DNA of 64,000 nt from contig OY762209.1 in the NCBI GenBank assembly GCA_963665295.1, positions 448,001 to 512,000 on the forward strand, given 5' to 3'. The position numbers and the translations under genes are program-made. The notes under the pieces are model-generated. The model was not told the origin of the DNA, ran no database searches, and saw only the letters and a program-made list of their open reading frames with translations. Each line of letters begins with the position of its first letter. Position 1 is the stretch's first letter. Source of the DNA: Syntrophorhabdaceae bacterium (GTDB taxonomy: Bacteria > Desulfobacterota > Syntrophorhabdia > Syntrophorhabdales > Syntrophorhabdaceae). Of this stretch, positions 29,013 through 37,150 are shown in pieces.

Positions 29013-29936
29013 ATGGAGATAAAGAATGAACTAATTAAATTAGCGGAAGAATGTTTTCAATACGCCAGGATAACTGACGAGCTCTGCAATTCGACTATAA
29101 GGAAATATCGCTACTCGATCAGGCGATTCGCCAATGCCGGGATTGGCAAGAATCTCGAAGATTTGAGCAATTCTGATTTCTTTCAGTTTATGGTCAAAAT
29201 GAAAGAAAGAAACGTGAGCAATTCCAGTATTGCCAATATAATCGCCGCCGTTAAATGGGTATTGACCAAACTACAAGCGAGCGGCATGGTCTTTGCCAGA
29301 CTAAACCTCTCAGACATCAAGAAACCGAAGGCCAGAAAGAAAGAGACAAATTACTTGACCGAAGAAGAAGTCCGAAGGTTCCTCGATACCATAGCCAAAG
29401 ATATGGCAAAGAACCAGACAGTGAGGAATATCAGATTTATGGCCTTCACTGTGGCTCTATTGCAAACCGGCGCTCGCATTGGAGAGGTTCTGTCAATAGA
29501 TATCGCCGATATTGACCGTCATAACGGGGAGGTAAGAGTCATAGGAAAAGGCAGGAAGCCCCGGACGTTGTTCCTCAGGAAAGAAACGCTGAACTGGATA
29601 GACCGATACTTGTCTACCAGGAGAGACAGCGAACCAGCTCTGTTTGCCACGCAAGACGGAAAATCGAGATGGAAGCAAACTGATGTCGGGAGATCGTTTC
29701 GACGGTACAAACGGTTGTCCGGTATAAAGAAAGACTTCGTGATCCACACTTTCAGGCATACTTTCGCAACACAGTATCTTATGAAGGGTGCGGGTATAAA
29801 CGTGGTTCAGACCGCGCTTGGCCATTCAGACGCCGTCACAACTCTGAAGTACTATGCGGCAGCAGTTGAAAAATCGAAGGTCAGAGAAATGATAAACGAT
29901 AAACACTTTGACTTCATCCCAAGGTCAAACCTTTGA
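29013..29936 (+). CDS. XerC/D-like tyrosine recombinase A
   Basis: TGARIGE, GKG.KPR, HTFRHTFAT, LGHS...TT..YY catalytic set. Confidence 0.93.
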   Translation: MEIKNELIKLAEECFQYARITDELCNSTIRKYRYSIRRFANAGIGKNLEDLSNSDFFQFMVKMKERNVSNSSIANIIAAVKWVLTKLQASGMVFARLNLSDIKKPKARKKETNYLTEEEVRRFLDTIAKDMAKNQTVRNIRFMAFTVALLQTGARIGEVLSIDIADIDRHNGEVRVIGKGRKPRTLFLRKETLNWIDRYLSTRRDSEPALFATQDGKSRWKQTDVGRSFRRYKRLSGIKKDFVIHTFRHTFATQYLMKGAGINVVQTALGHSDAVTTLKYYAAAVEKSKVREMINDKHFDFIPRSNL

Positions 29937-29969
29937 TGTAGTTTGCATTGCAGCCGCGCCCAGGAAGAT

Positions 29970-31457
29970 CTATGCTTTTGATGCTGACGGTTTATTGTCA
30001 TTTCTGGCATCAATCAGAACTATATATTTCTCCCCCAACAGACCAAGCTCGGTCAAGACCTTGCGAGTCTTCATCTCCTCTTCTTCCGTGAAAAAGAGGA
30101 TCACCTTGATTGCCTTGTTGGTGTCATGAGCTTTCTTATATATCTCTACTTGCTTCTCCAAGTTCTGCTTCAATTTTGAATTGCTCGCAAGCTTGAATTC
30201 CACTAACGACTTGTCCGAAGATCCTCTCGATATTTTGAAATCGACCGGACCCCGACCTTCATTGGCCTCTCGGGTCACATCAGAAGGTGTTGCATACCAT
30301 GTCAACCTGAACATTATCTGAAGGTCTTGTTCTCTCTTTATCGGTAGACCTCTCTGGTAAAAAATACGATAACCATCTTTGTTTTCAATGACATTCTTGA
30401 GAAACTGGACGCGCTGATAGGATTCTTCCAAGGTCTCCGCCGGCGTCTCATAGAAACCAGATTCGCGGAACAAACTCTCAATGAACCCTGACAGTTCGGT
30501 TACAAAAAGCGTCTGAATTTCTAGCACTCTTTCCTTGCTTATCGATCTTGCGTCATCGCCATGTTCTTCTTTATAGCGAATGTAGTAGTCTATAAATGCA
30601 GGATACTTTGAAACGACAGCCCAAATGGCTGCGGCAATTTCTTTCTTCTTCGGTGCCTTTTCAGTACCTCGCTTTGTGCGTTCCGGGCGAGGCAGGTTTG
30701 AGAGGAAGTAATGATTCATCTGATCTCTTAATTCCTCGTTAGAGACGGACGCGACAATATCATGGAAATCATCTATGATATCAGGCTTATTGATCCACGT
30801 TTCATCTTTCGTGAGTATGTCTTTTGGTGTGAGCAAAACAAAGTCATTATTGTACGAGGGCAGGTAATAGGTTCCTTTCTTCCATGATTCAGTTTGGTAA
30901 TCAAAACCGATTCTCGGGATAGCAAAAGCCTTGCACTTCGACTGGTCTATATGTTTCCGTGCAAATGCCTGAGTGTATTCTAGAAGGTAAGATTTTATGA
31001 GGTTAACAGTAAAATCACTGATGTTGTCGCGGCCTACTCCATCTTTAACAAGACACAATTTTTCCAGATGACTGCTGTAGGTAATCGTCTCTTGGCCGAA
31101 ATCAGCAAAGATAACACGAAGGTTTCTATTCAAGGCTTTCGCGAAATCAATGCCTAAGCCGCTTCCTCCATTTCCCGCTAGACTATAGCCGAGCCAGTTT
31201 TGCTTAACTTCTGAAAAGAAAAACCACGACCTCAGCAGTCCTGGCCGTATTCCCTCTTCTATCGATTTGTCACGAAGAAACCGGACATACTCAAGAATTT
31301 GCCCATGTAAAGCCTGATACTGCTCTTTCTCGCTGTTGAAGAGCAAGAACGGGTCCACAAACAGGGGCAGATCGTTGATGAGGGAAATATTGAAAGCGCC
31401 ATATCCTTCTATTATGGCCGGATCGACATCGAAGATATCTGAGAAGTATACATCCAT
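29970..31457 (-). CDS. Putative PD-(D/E)XK nuclease, candidate anti-phage gene
   Basis: C-terminal E...GRGPVDF...VEFK motif; N-terminal FNISL..DLPLF.DPFL; ATG start at 31457 preferred. Confidence 0.7.
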   Translation of the reverse strand: MDVYFSDIFDVDPAIIEGYGAFNISLINDLPLFVDPFLLFNSEKEQYQALHGQILEYVRFLRDKSIEEGIRPGLLRSWFFFSEVKQNWLGYSLAGNGGSGLGIDFAKALNRNLRVIFADFGQETITYSSHLEKLCLVKDGVGRDNISDFTVNLIKSYLLEYTQAFARKHIDQSKCKAFAIPRIGFDYQTESWKKGTYYLPSYNNDFVLLTPKDILTKDETWINKPDIIDDFHDIVASVSNEELRDQMNHYFLSNLPRPERTKRGTEKAPKKKEIAAAIWAVVSKYPAFIDYYIRYKEEHGDDARSISKERVLEIQTLFVTELSGFIESLFRESGFYETPAETLEESYQRVQFLKNVIENKDGYRIFYQRGLPIKREQDLQIMFRLTWYATPSDVTREANEGRGPVDFKISRGSSDKSLVEFKLASNSKLKQNLEKQVEIYKKAHDTNKAIKVILFFTEEEEMKTRKVLTELGLLGEKYIVLIDARNDNKPSASKA

Positions 31458-31531
31458 ATTTTTTTCATTATGGCATATCTCTCGAAAATAGCAACGTATT
31501 TTTGCTGTTATAGACAGAAGGTCCTGTAACA

Positions 31532-32473
31532 TTAGTCGGCAAAATTCATATACTCCTTGTGCGCCTTCTTCGCCAGCGCCTTATCCACACCCAAATAATA
31601 CTTGCAGGTGGTATCAAGCCTCTCATGACCGAGAATTTCTTTAACATGGACAATAGGGCAGCCATTGAATACCAGATTGGTGGCCACAGTGTGGCGGAGA
31701 ATATGAGGCGTGAGTTTCTTTACGATCCCGGCCTTCACGCGATGTCTTCTGAAAAACCTCCACATATCGCCAGGAGTGAGCCTTCGGGGATTGCCACTGG
31801 TAACAAAAACTGCCTCATATGTATCATGACGGCATTCCAAGTATCTGCGTATCCATTCAAGAGCCCTCGCGGTAAAGAACACGGTCCTTTCTTTGTTGCC
31901 TTTCCCGACAATTTTTGCCTCCCTTTTGCCCCATTGGATGTCTTTGCGGTTAAGCGATAAGACCTCGCTGATCCTCATTCCGGTTCCCAGTATGGTTTCG
32001 ACGACAGCGCGGAACCGTAGATCGTTGAGCCTTTTGCTGCCAATGGTATCGATGAACGCTTCAATTTCTTCTTTATTGAGAAATATGACTTCGCGTCTGG
32101 CGATCCGTGGAGGCCGAATCTGTTTTGGGTCCAGGGTCGGGAGCTTGAGGAAAATCCGGCAGTAGGTCAAGAAACTCTTGGTCGCGAAGACCACGCTGGC
32201 TATCCGGGACTGACTCGCTCCTCTCTCGACCATGAGTCTTTTGAGGCGGACGAAGTCTTGAATTGATAGTTCAGTGATTGCCTTGTCGCCGATGTCCCTG
32301 ATGAACCAACCGAGACACTCCCTATACTTCACAACTGTCTTAGGAGAGAGGTTGAGTTCGTATTGGGCGTACTCCAGAAAGCCGTCTATGAGGGTGCTCA
32401 TCCCGGTGTCCGCAACACCTCCGGAAGTGCAGTAGAAACCAGGCGATTCCACGACACTTTGATTATTGTGCAT
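31532..32473 (-). CDS. XerC/D-like tyrosine recombinase B
   Basis: TGMRISE, GKG.KER, PHILRHT.AT, LGHE...TT..YY. Confidence 0.93.
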   Translation of the reverse strand: MHNNQSVVESPGFYCTSGGVADTGMSTLIDGFLEYAQYELNLSPKTVVKYRECLGWFIRDIGDKAITELSIQDFVRLKRLMVERGASQSRIASVVFATKSFLTYCRIFLKLPTLDPKQIRPPRIARREVIFLNKEEIEAFIDTIGSKRLNDLRFRAVVETILGTGMRISEVLSLNRKDIQWGKREAKIVGKGNKERTVFFTARALEWIRRYLECRHDTYEAVFVTSGNPRRLTPGDMWRFFRRHRVKAGIVKKLTPHILRHTVATNLVFNGCPIVHVKEILGHERLDTTCKYYLGVDKALAKKAHKEYMNFAD

Positions 32474-32474
32474 A

Positions 32475-32695
32475 AAAATGAAAAAAACTCGCTAAAAAAT
32501 TCCAACGAGTTCTCTTCTATCGCAAACTTTTGTGATTAGTCCAAAGTCTATGCGCACCCTTGTACAAGAGGTACGGCTACTGATTATTTGGCTCAGTTAA
32601 GCCCTTGGCGTTCCCTCAATTTGCATTGAGGTTCGACCGCCAGACGATAATCAATGCTTCCCATCATGTCCTATGAGGGACATAATTGCTACTAA
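32475..32695 (-). ncRNA. Putative structured ncRNA/leader upstream of recombinase B
   Basis: Nested stems with a GCAA tetraloop and G:U pairs that work only on the minus strand; ends in a terminator-like hairpin plus U-tract. Confidence 0.6.
32478..32512 (-). terminator. Intrinsic terminator just upstream of the recombinase B start
   Basis: Minus strand AACTCGTTGG-AATTTT-TTAGCGAGTT-TTTTT. Confidence 0.65.
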
Positions 32696-32891
32696 GAAAT
32701 ATTTCTAGATTATTGTCAAATTCTCCCTAGAAAGGAGGTGAATCGCGGCGTATTTTCTACGGGACTTTCGCAAAAAAAATGGATTGGAGAATGAACGGAA
32801 TTTTTTCAGCGGATTGAATTAAGTTGTTAATATAATTCCATTGTAGAGCATAGTCAAAAAAATGTAAAGGGGGTGAAAATTAATTCAACAG

Positions 32892-33743
32892 TTACAGTTT
32901 TTCCGAAATCTCTCGCTCCAGAATCGCTTTCATATTCTTGCTCATATTATTCACAAAACCAGGATTCGCAATGAGAGCTTCAAGGTCAAGCTGGATGCTC
33001 TTGCTATCAATGCGGGCGACCATATCAAGAAGTTTTTCTTTGAGTTCCTTCATGCTTTCAACATCTTCGATGCAGGAGAGGTTGGGCTGAATCCCCTTCT
33101 GGAGATACCACAAGAGATCGAAATAGTCCCTTCCCTTTACCTTTACCGTAGTGTTCCCCTGCTTGTCGGTCTTTTCCCACTTGCGCAAAAGGATGGCCCT
33201 CACTTTCGTTGCCATGAGGGTTGCCGGGTCGAGGGTCTTGATGAGAACGGAACGGTTATACTTGAAAATCGGACGGATGTCCGTCTTGTAACTCTCGCAG
33301 AAGTCGAACTGGGAATACACCTCAACCTTGAGGAAAAGATCGTCTGTCTCTTCTCTGGTTGAAAGGCCGAGATCACGGAGGATTGAAAATTTCAAATGGA
33401 CGCGGAACTTCTGGACAGCTGTCCTTACTGGCAGATCGGTGCGCATCAGAAAATACTCTTCCAGATCCTTGGCCAGTTTTGCGGGTTTGATCTTCTTCGA
33501 TTCGTCGATGAAGTCTAAATCCTCGGAAAGACGCTGGAGGTCGAAGCAGTGCGCGAGGGCAGATCCTCCGTAAAACAGGAGCTGACTGTAAACAGGGTGA
33601 GAGTAAATGAAATCGAGGACCACTATCTGAAGGTATTCCTTGAGAAGGTTCCGTTTGAACAGATTATTCCGGGACGGCGACTCGCTTATAATATTTGCGA
33701 GTATCGGCTTGATGGTTTCCATAATGGTGGTTATTTTAGCCAA
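32892..33743 (-). CDS. abiEii: AbiEii-family nucleotidyltransferase toxin
   Basis: FYGGSAL......RLSEDLDF, K..A.L.R, KGRDYFDL motifs. Confidence 0.9.
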   Translation of the reverse strand: MAKITTIMETIKPILANIISESPSRNNLFKRNLLKEYLQIVVLDFIYSHPVYSQLLFYGGSALAHCFDLQRLSEDLDFIDESKKIKPAKLAKDLEEYFLMRTDLPVRTAVQKFRVHLKFSILRDLGLSTREETDDLFLKVEVYSQFDFCESYKTDIRPIFKYNRSVLIKTLDPATLMATKVRAILLRKWEKTDKQGNTTVKVKGRDYFDLLWYLQKGIQPNLSCIEDVESMKELKEKLLDMVARIDSKSIQLDLEALIANPGFVNNMSKNMKAILEREISEKL

Positions 33744-34372
33744 TTAAAAATCTCCTTCATCCGTGGCGACCCTTCTTTCTCGACATAGGTTTCAAGTTCC
33801 TTGAAATCGTCTTTTGTGAACTCGTCAAGGTTCAGTCTCAATTCCTCCATCGCCAGCTTGTCTATAAGCAGCCTTTTCCTGAAATAGAGGAAGTCGAAGA
33901 GCGCTTTGGCCTTCGTTGCTTTGAGGATTGAGAAGTTCCCCTTTTTTACTACATTGAACCCGGTGAAGAGTTTTTCCTTGATCTTATGATAGATGAAGGT
34001 TCCCAATTCATTTGAAAAGGAGTCCGTTTTCCGGAGTCCCACGGACGTCATACTCCTCGGAATCTCCGTGAGCATGTTGTGTTCGTGGAGCACGTAATCG
34101 AGACTCAGATACGAGGGAGAATAGAGCTTGTTAGCGATGAACTCGACATACTCCGAGTACGTGCCCTTCTTCTCGGCGTTGTCGAGGTAAGCTTTGGTAA
34201 CGTACAAGTTCTTTCTTAGGTGGAGCATGGTTCCCCGTTTCGCGTAGCGGGACAAAATAATGTTGAGGTAGGTTCGTTTCTCTCCTATGGGAGCGAGGTC
34301 GCCCGCGCCAAAAAACGGCAGGGTTCCGGCCAGCTTGAGTATCTTCTTGGTCCTTATCTCGTCGTTTCTCAT
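33731..34372 (-). CDS. abiEi: AbiEi-family antitoxin/regulator
   Basis: N-terminal wHTH, PSYLSL..VL..H..L.E.P, A...KALFD.LY; overlaps abiEii. Confidence 0.85.
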   Translation of the reverse strand: MRNDEIRTKKILKLAGTLPFFGAGDLAPIGEKRTYLNIILSRYAKRGTMLHLRKNLYVTKAYLDNAEKKGTYSEYVEFIANKLYSPSYLSLDYVLHEHNMLTEIPRSMTSVGLRKTDSFSNELGTFIYHKIKEKLFTGFNVVKKGNFSILKATKAKALFDFLYFRKRLLIDKLAMEELRLNLDEFTKDDFKELETYVEKEGSPRMKEIFNWLK

Positions 34373-34383
34373 AATATACTTTC

Positions 34384-34412
34384 ATTGTATATTTAGAGAA
34401 ATCTATTGTCAA
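34384..34412 (-). promoter_or_regulatory. abiE promoter TTGACA-N17-TACAAT
   Basis: Read directly on the minus strand. Confidence 0.75.
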
Positions 34413-34416
34413 GTGA

Positions 34417-34464
34417 GCTGGAATCGAATATAGTTGGCTATATTCGATTATATTCGATTCCAGC
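34417..34464. repeat. Perfect 16-bp inverted repeat (possible AbiEi operator or terminator)
   Basis: GCTGGAATCGAATATA ... TATATTCGATTCCAGC, adjacent to the -35 box. Confidence 0.8.
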
Positions 34465-34471
34465 GGCTTCT

Positions 34472-37150
34472 TCACAAGTCAGTTATTTCGAACCTTCGGG
34501 CCAAAGCCTCAAAGCTCATATTTACAAAGACGCTGTTATGAGGTATCAGTACGTACTTCCAGGGCTTGCCACCGTTGGCAGTGGTAAACTTCGTGGCATT
34601 TTTGCAGTAGAGTAAAGCTGCCGCTGTTTTCTCCTGGACTTCGGCGGTTTCTATATCGCCTTCCTTCTTAGTCTCTATCATATGGATAGCGATATCCGTC
34701 TGCACTACAAAATCGGGGTTATACTGTTTCGTATTGTGGTTCCAGTATATCCTGAATTGCTTTTGCGCGGGTCTCAACCATTTCAGAACATCTTTATCCT
34801 GCTCAAGAACGATGGTGAAATCCTTCTCGGTCTTCGAGTCGAACTTGTACAGATTGTGACACGCTTTCCGGAAGCCGGAGAACACCTTGCTCGGGATAGT
34901 GCTGGTCGGGGTTATGGTGTCCGTATAATGATGAATCACATCCTTTGTGTACTTCGAGAAGTTGTGCTCTTCGATTCTTGAAAAGGGCTTTACAACCGGT
35001 TTCTCGAACACCGGTGCCTCACAAAAGAAGTGTTCCATCATCTGAGAATAAATGTATCGGCCGATCTCCTTCTTGTGGAACTGGACAACGTTCGTCACTC
35101 CATCATCGGAAAGATAAGTGCTGAATTTTGCAGTCGCCTCCGTTGCAAGTTTAAAGAGAAGCTCGGACTGGGCGTCATAATCTATTTCAGAAAAGTTCAT
35201 GAGTTCGTTCACAATGATATTTTCCATGGAATCGAGAACTATCCTGCCCTTTCCAATTACAATATCGATGCCGTTTTCCTGCTCTCTAAGTTTCTTCACG
35301 AGGATTTCTTCTGAAACGGGCTGGAAGTTGAGATTTCTCGTGTCAAGGTCGAACGCATGGAAACCGGATTTTATCTCATTCCTCTGAAGGATCATGATTC
35401 TTGGAATCTCTATGATGTTGTCGCTGAAGTCCTGCACCACCGCTTCATATGCCTGCTCCGCCTCCCTAACCATATCTGCGGCAAAGAGATACGGTTGAGG
35501 AGCGTACATAATCTTCTCCTTTATCTTCTCAAGAACAATCTCCTTGATTTCCTCCCGTTTAAGCTCCGCAATTTGAGTGACTTCAGTACTCATTTCGGGA
35601 AGAGCGGAAAGTATCACCTTCCGCACGTCAAGGTTCACCTGAGCCATCTGTTTGGCTTCGGGCTCCGTGATTGCGTCAATTCTCTTCTGTTCTTCTTCCA
35701 CCCTTTGGTCAAGAACTGATGTCGAGGTCATAACCTCTTTAGGTCGACCAAGGTCCTCTGCATCTATGGTGATGATGTTTTCTTTCCTGATGATCGAATC
35801 AGGTTTGTTGGCTTCGTCTACGATCTCTTGGAACCTGTCGTGGGCAACGATGGTAAGTTTATCCACTTTGTCATCGCCGGTCCTCTTGCCGTAGGGCAAA
35901 CGTAATCCTCTGCCGATGGTCTGCTCCCGGAGCGTCGTGGATGCTGCGGTTCTCAAGGGTATGATGGTATAGAGGTTCGTCACGTCCCATCCTTCTTTGA
36001 GCATGTTGACGTGAATGACGATTTCGATCTTGTTTAGGGGGTTCTCAAGGGAAACGAGTCTCTCGATGTTGTCATCCTTTTCGCTGCCTGTCTGGTTGGA
36101 ATGGATTTCCATGACCTTGTCGGCATAGTACCCGTCGAAAAACCCCTTCGAGGCTATCATCTCCTTAAGCTTACCTGCGTGGTCGGTGCTTTGGGAGACC
36201 ACCAGGACGAAAGGTTTTACGGGACTCGCTTTCATGTCTCTGGCAAAGATATCAAGGGCGACCTTCGTGTCCTCATGGAGGCGAATGCCGTCTTCGAGTT
36301 TGATTCTGTCGAGGTCTTCCGGGGTATAGTGAGATGGGTCAAAATCTTTTCTCGTTGCCACGGCCGGTTCCTTCACAAAACCATCTCGGATTGCCCTGGC
36401 TAAAGAATATTCGTAGACTACGTTCCTAAACTTAATAGCGCCGCCGCTTCTCTCCACCTGCGGGGTTGCAGTCAGTTCCAAGCCGACCACAGGGTTCAGT
36501 TCGTTGATTACCTCCATGCCCCTGTCTGCGCGGTAATGGTGCGACTCATCCATGAGCACCACGAGATCGTCAAGGTTGGTAAGGTAGTTGAAATAGGAAT
36601 CCCCGAGGTATTCGACGAGTCTTTTAATTCGTGCAGGCTTGCCTCCCCGTGTCTCCGCGTTGATCTTGCCGATATTGAAGATGTTGACATGGATTTCATA
36701 TTTGAAGAGTTCCCCCTGTCGGACCTCTTCGTAATTGTCGCCGGTAATGATCCTCGGTCGACGGTGGACAAATTCCCCGATGCCCTGGAACACATACTTG
36801 GGGCTTCCCATGTTGGAGAAATCCTCGATGAGCTTGTTATAGACGGTGAGATTAGGCGCCAGGACGAAAAAGTTTCTGATGTTCTTCGCGAGGTAGAGGT
36901 AAGCAATGAAGGCCCCCATGAGCCGGGTCTTTCCTACTCCCGTTGCAAGGGCAAAGCATAAAGAAGGGAAGGTTCTCTCGAAATCGGAACAGGTCGGATA
37001 AAGGCCCTTCACCTTTTCCAACTCAACCTCAAGGTTTGCATTCTTTTGAAGGGCAAGTTTGTCGGCAAGGTCTGCGAGGATTGCGAGGCTGTCTTCCTGG
37101 GGAGGTCTCAGGCTTAGTCTGTTTCTGATAGAGTTGGCGATCCGGTTCAT
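34472..37150 (-). CDS. res: Type III restriction enzyme Res subunit
   Basis: ATGVGKT, DESHHY, TATP, LKEGWDV, Q.IGRGLR, C-terminal YNPDF...IETK. Confidence 0.92.
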   Translation of the reverse strand: MNRIANSIRNRLSLRPPQEDSLAILADLADKLALQKNANLEVELEKVKGLYPTCSDFERTFPSLCFALATGVGKTRLMGAFIAYLYLAKNIRNFFVLAPNLTVYNKLIEDFSNMGSPKYVFQGIGEFVHRRPRIITGDNYEEVRQGELFKYEIHVNIFNIGKINAETRGGKPARIKRLVEYLGDSYFNYLTNLDDLVVLMDESHHYRADRGMEVINELNPVVGLELTATPQVERSGGAIKFRNVVYEYSLARAIRDGFVKEPAVATRKDFDPSHYTPEDLDRIKLEDGIRLHEDTKVALDIFARDMKASPVKPFVLVVSQSTDHAGKLKEMIASKGFFDGYYADKVMEIHSNQTGSEKDDNIERLVSLENPLNKIEIVIHVNMLKEGWDVTNLYTIIPLRTAASTTLREQTIGRGLRLPYGKRTGDDKVDKLTIVAHDRFQEIVDEANKPDSIIRKENIITIDAEDLGRPKEVMTSTSVLDQRVEEEQKRIDAITEPEAKQMAQVNLDVRKVILSALPEMSTEVTQIAELKREEIKEIVLEKIKEKIMYAPQPYLFAADMVREAEQAYEAVVQDFSDNIIEIPRIMILQRNEIKSGFHAFDLDTRNLNFQPVSEEILVKKLREQENGIDIVIGKGRIVLDSMENIIVNELMNFSEIDYDAQSELLFKLATEATAKFSTYLSDDGVTNVVQFHKKEIGRYIYSQMMEHFFCEAPVFEKPVVKPFSRIEEHNFSKYTKDVIHHYTDTITPTSTIPSKVFSGFRKACHNLYKFDSKTEKDFTIVLEQDKDVLKWLRPAQKQFRIYWNHNTKQYNPDFVVQTDIAIHMIETKKEGDIETAEVQEKTAAALLYCKNATKFTTANGGKPWKYVLIPHNSVFVNMSFEALARRFEITDL

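Noticed and set aside
29970..31532. ORF-track start at 31532 for the nuclease gene
   Set aside because: It overlaps the recombinase B stop by 1 nt and adds an unconvincing leader; ATG 31457 (MDVYFSD) is preferred.
32549..32558. GGTGCGCATA on the minus strand, matching most of the XerC arm of E. coli dif, near Xer-like genes
   Set aside because: No XerD arm (TTATGTTAAAT-like) follows, and the motif is part of a predicted RNA hairpin.
32730..32742. Perfect Shine-Dalgarno-like GAAAGGAGGTGA on the plus strand
   Set aside because: No start codon at a suitable spacing and no convincing ORF follows.
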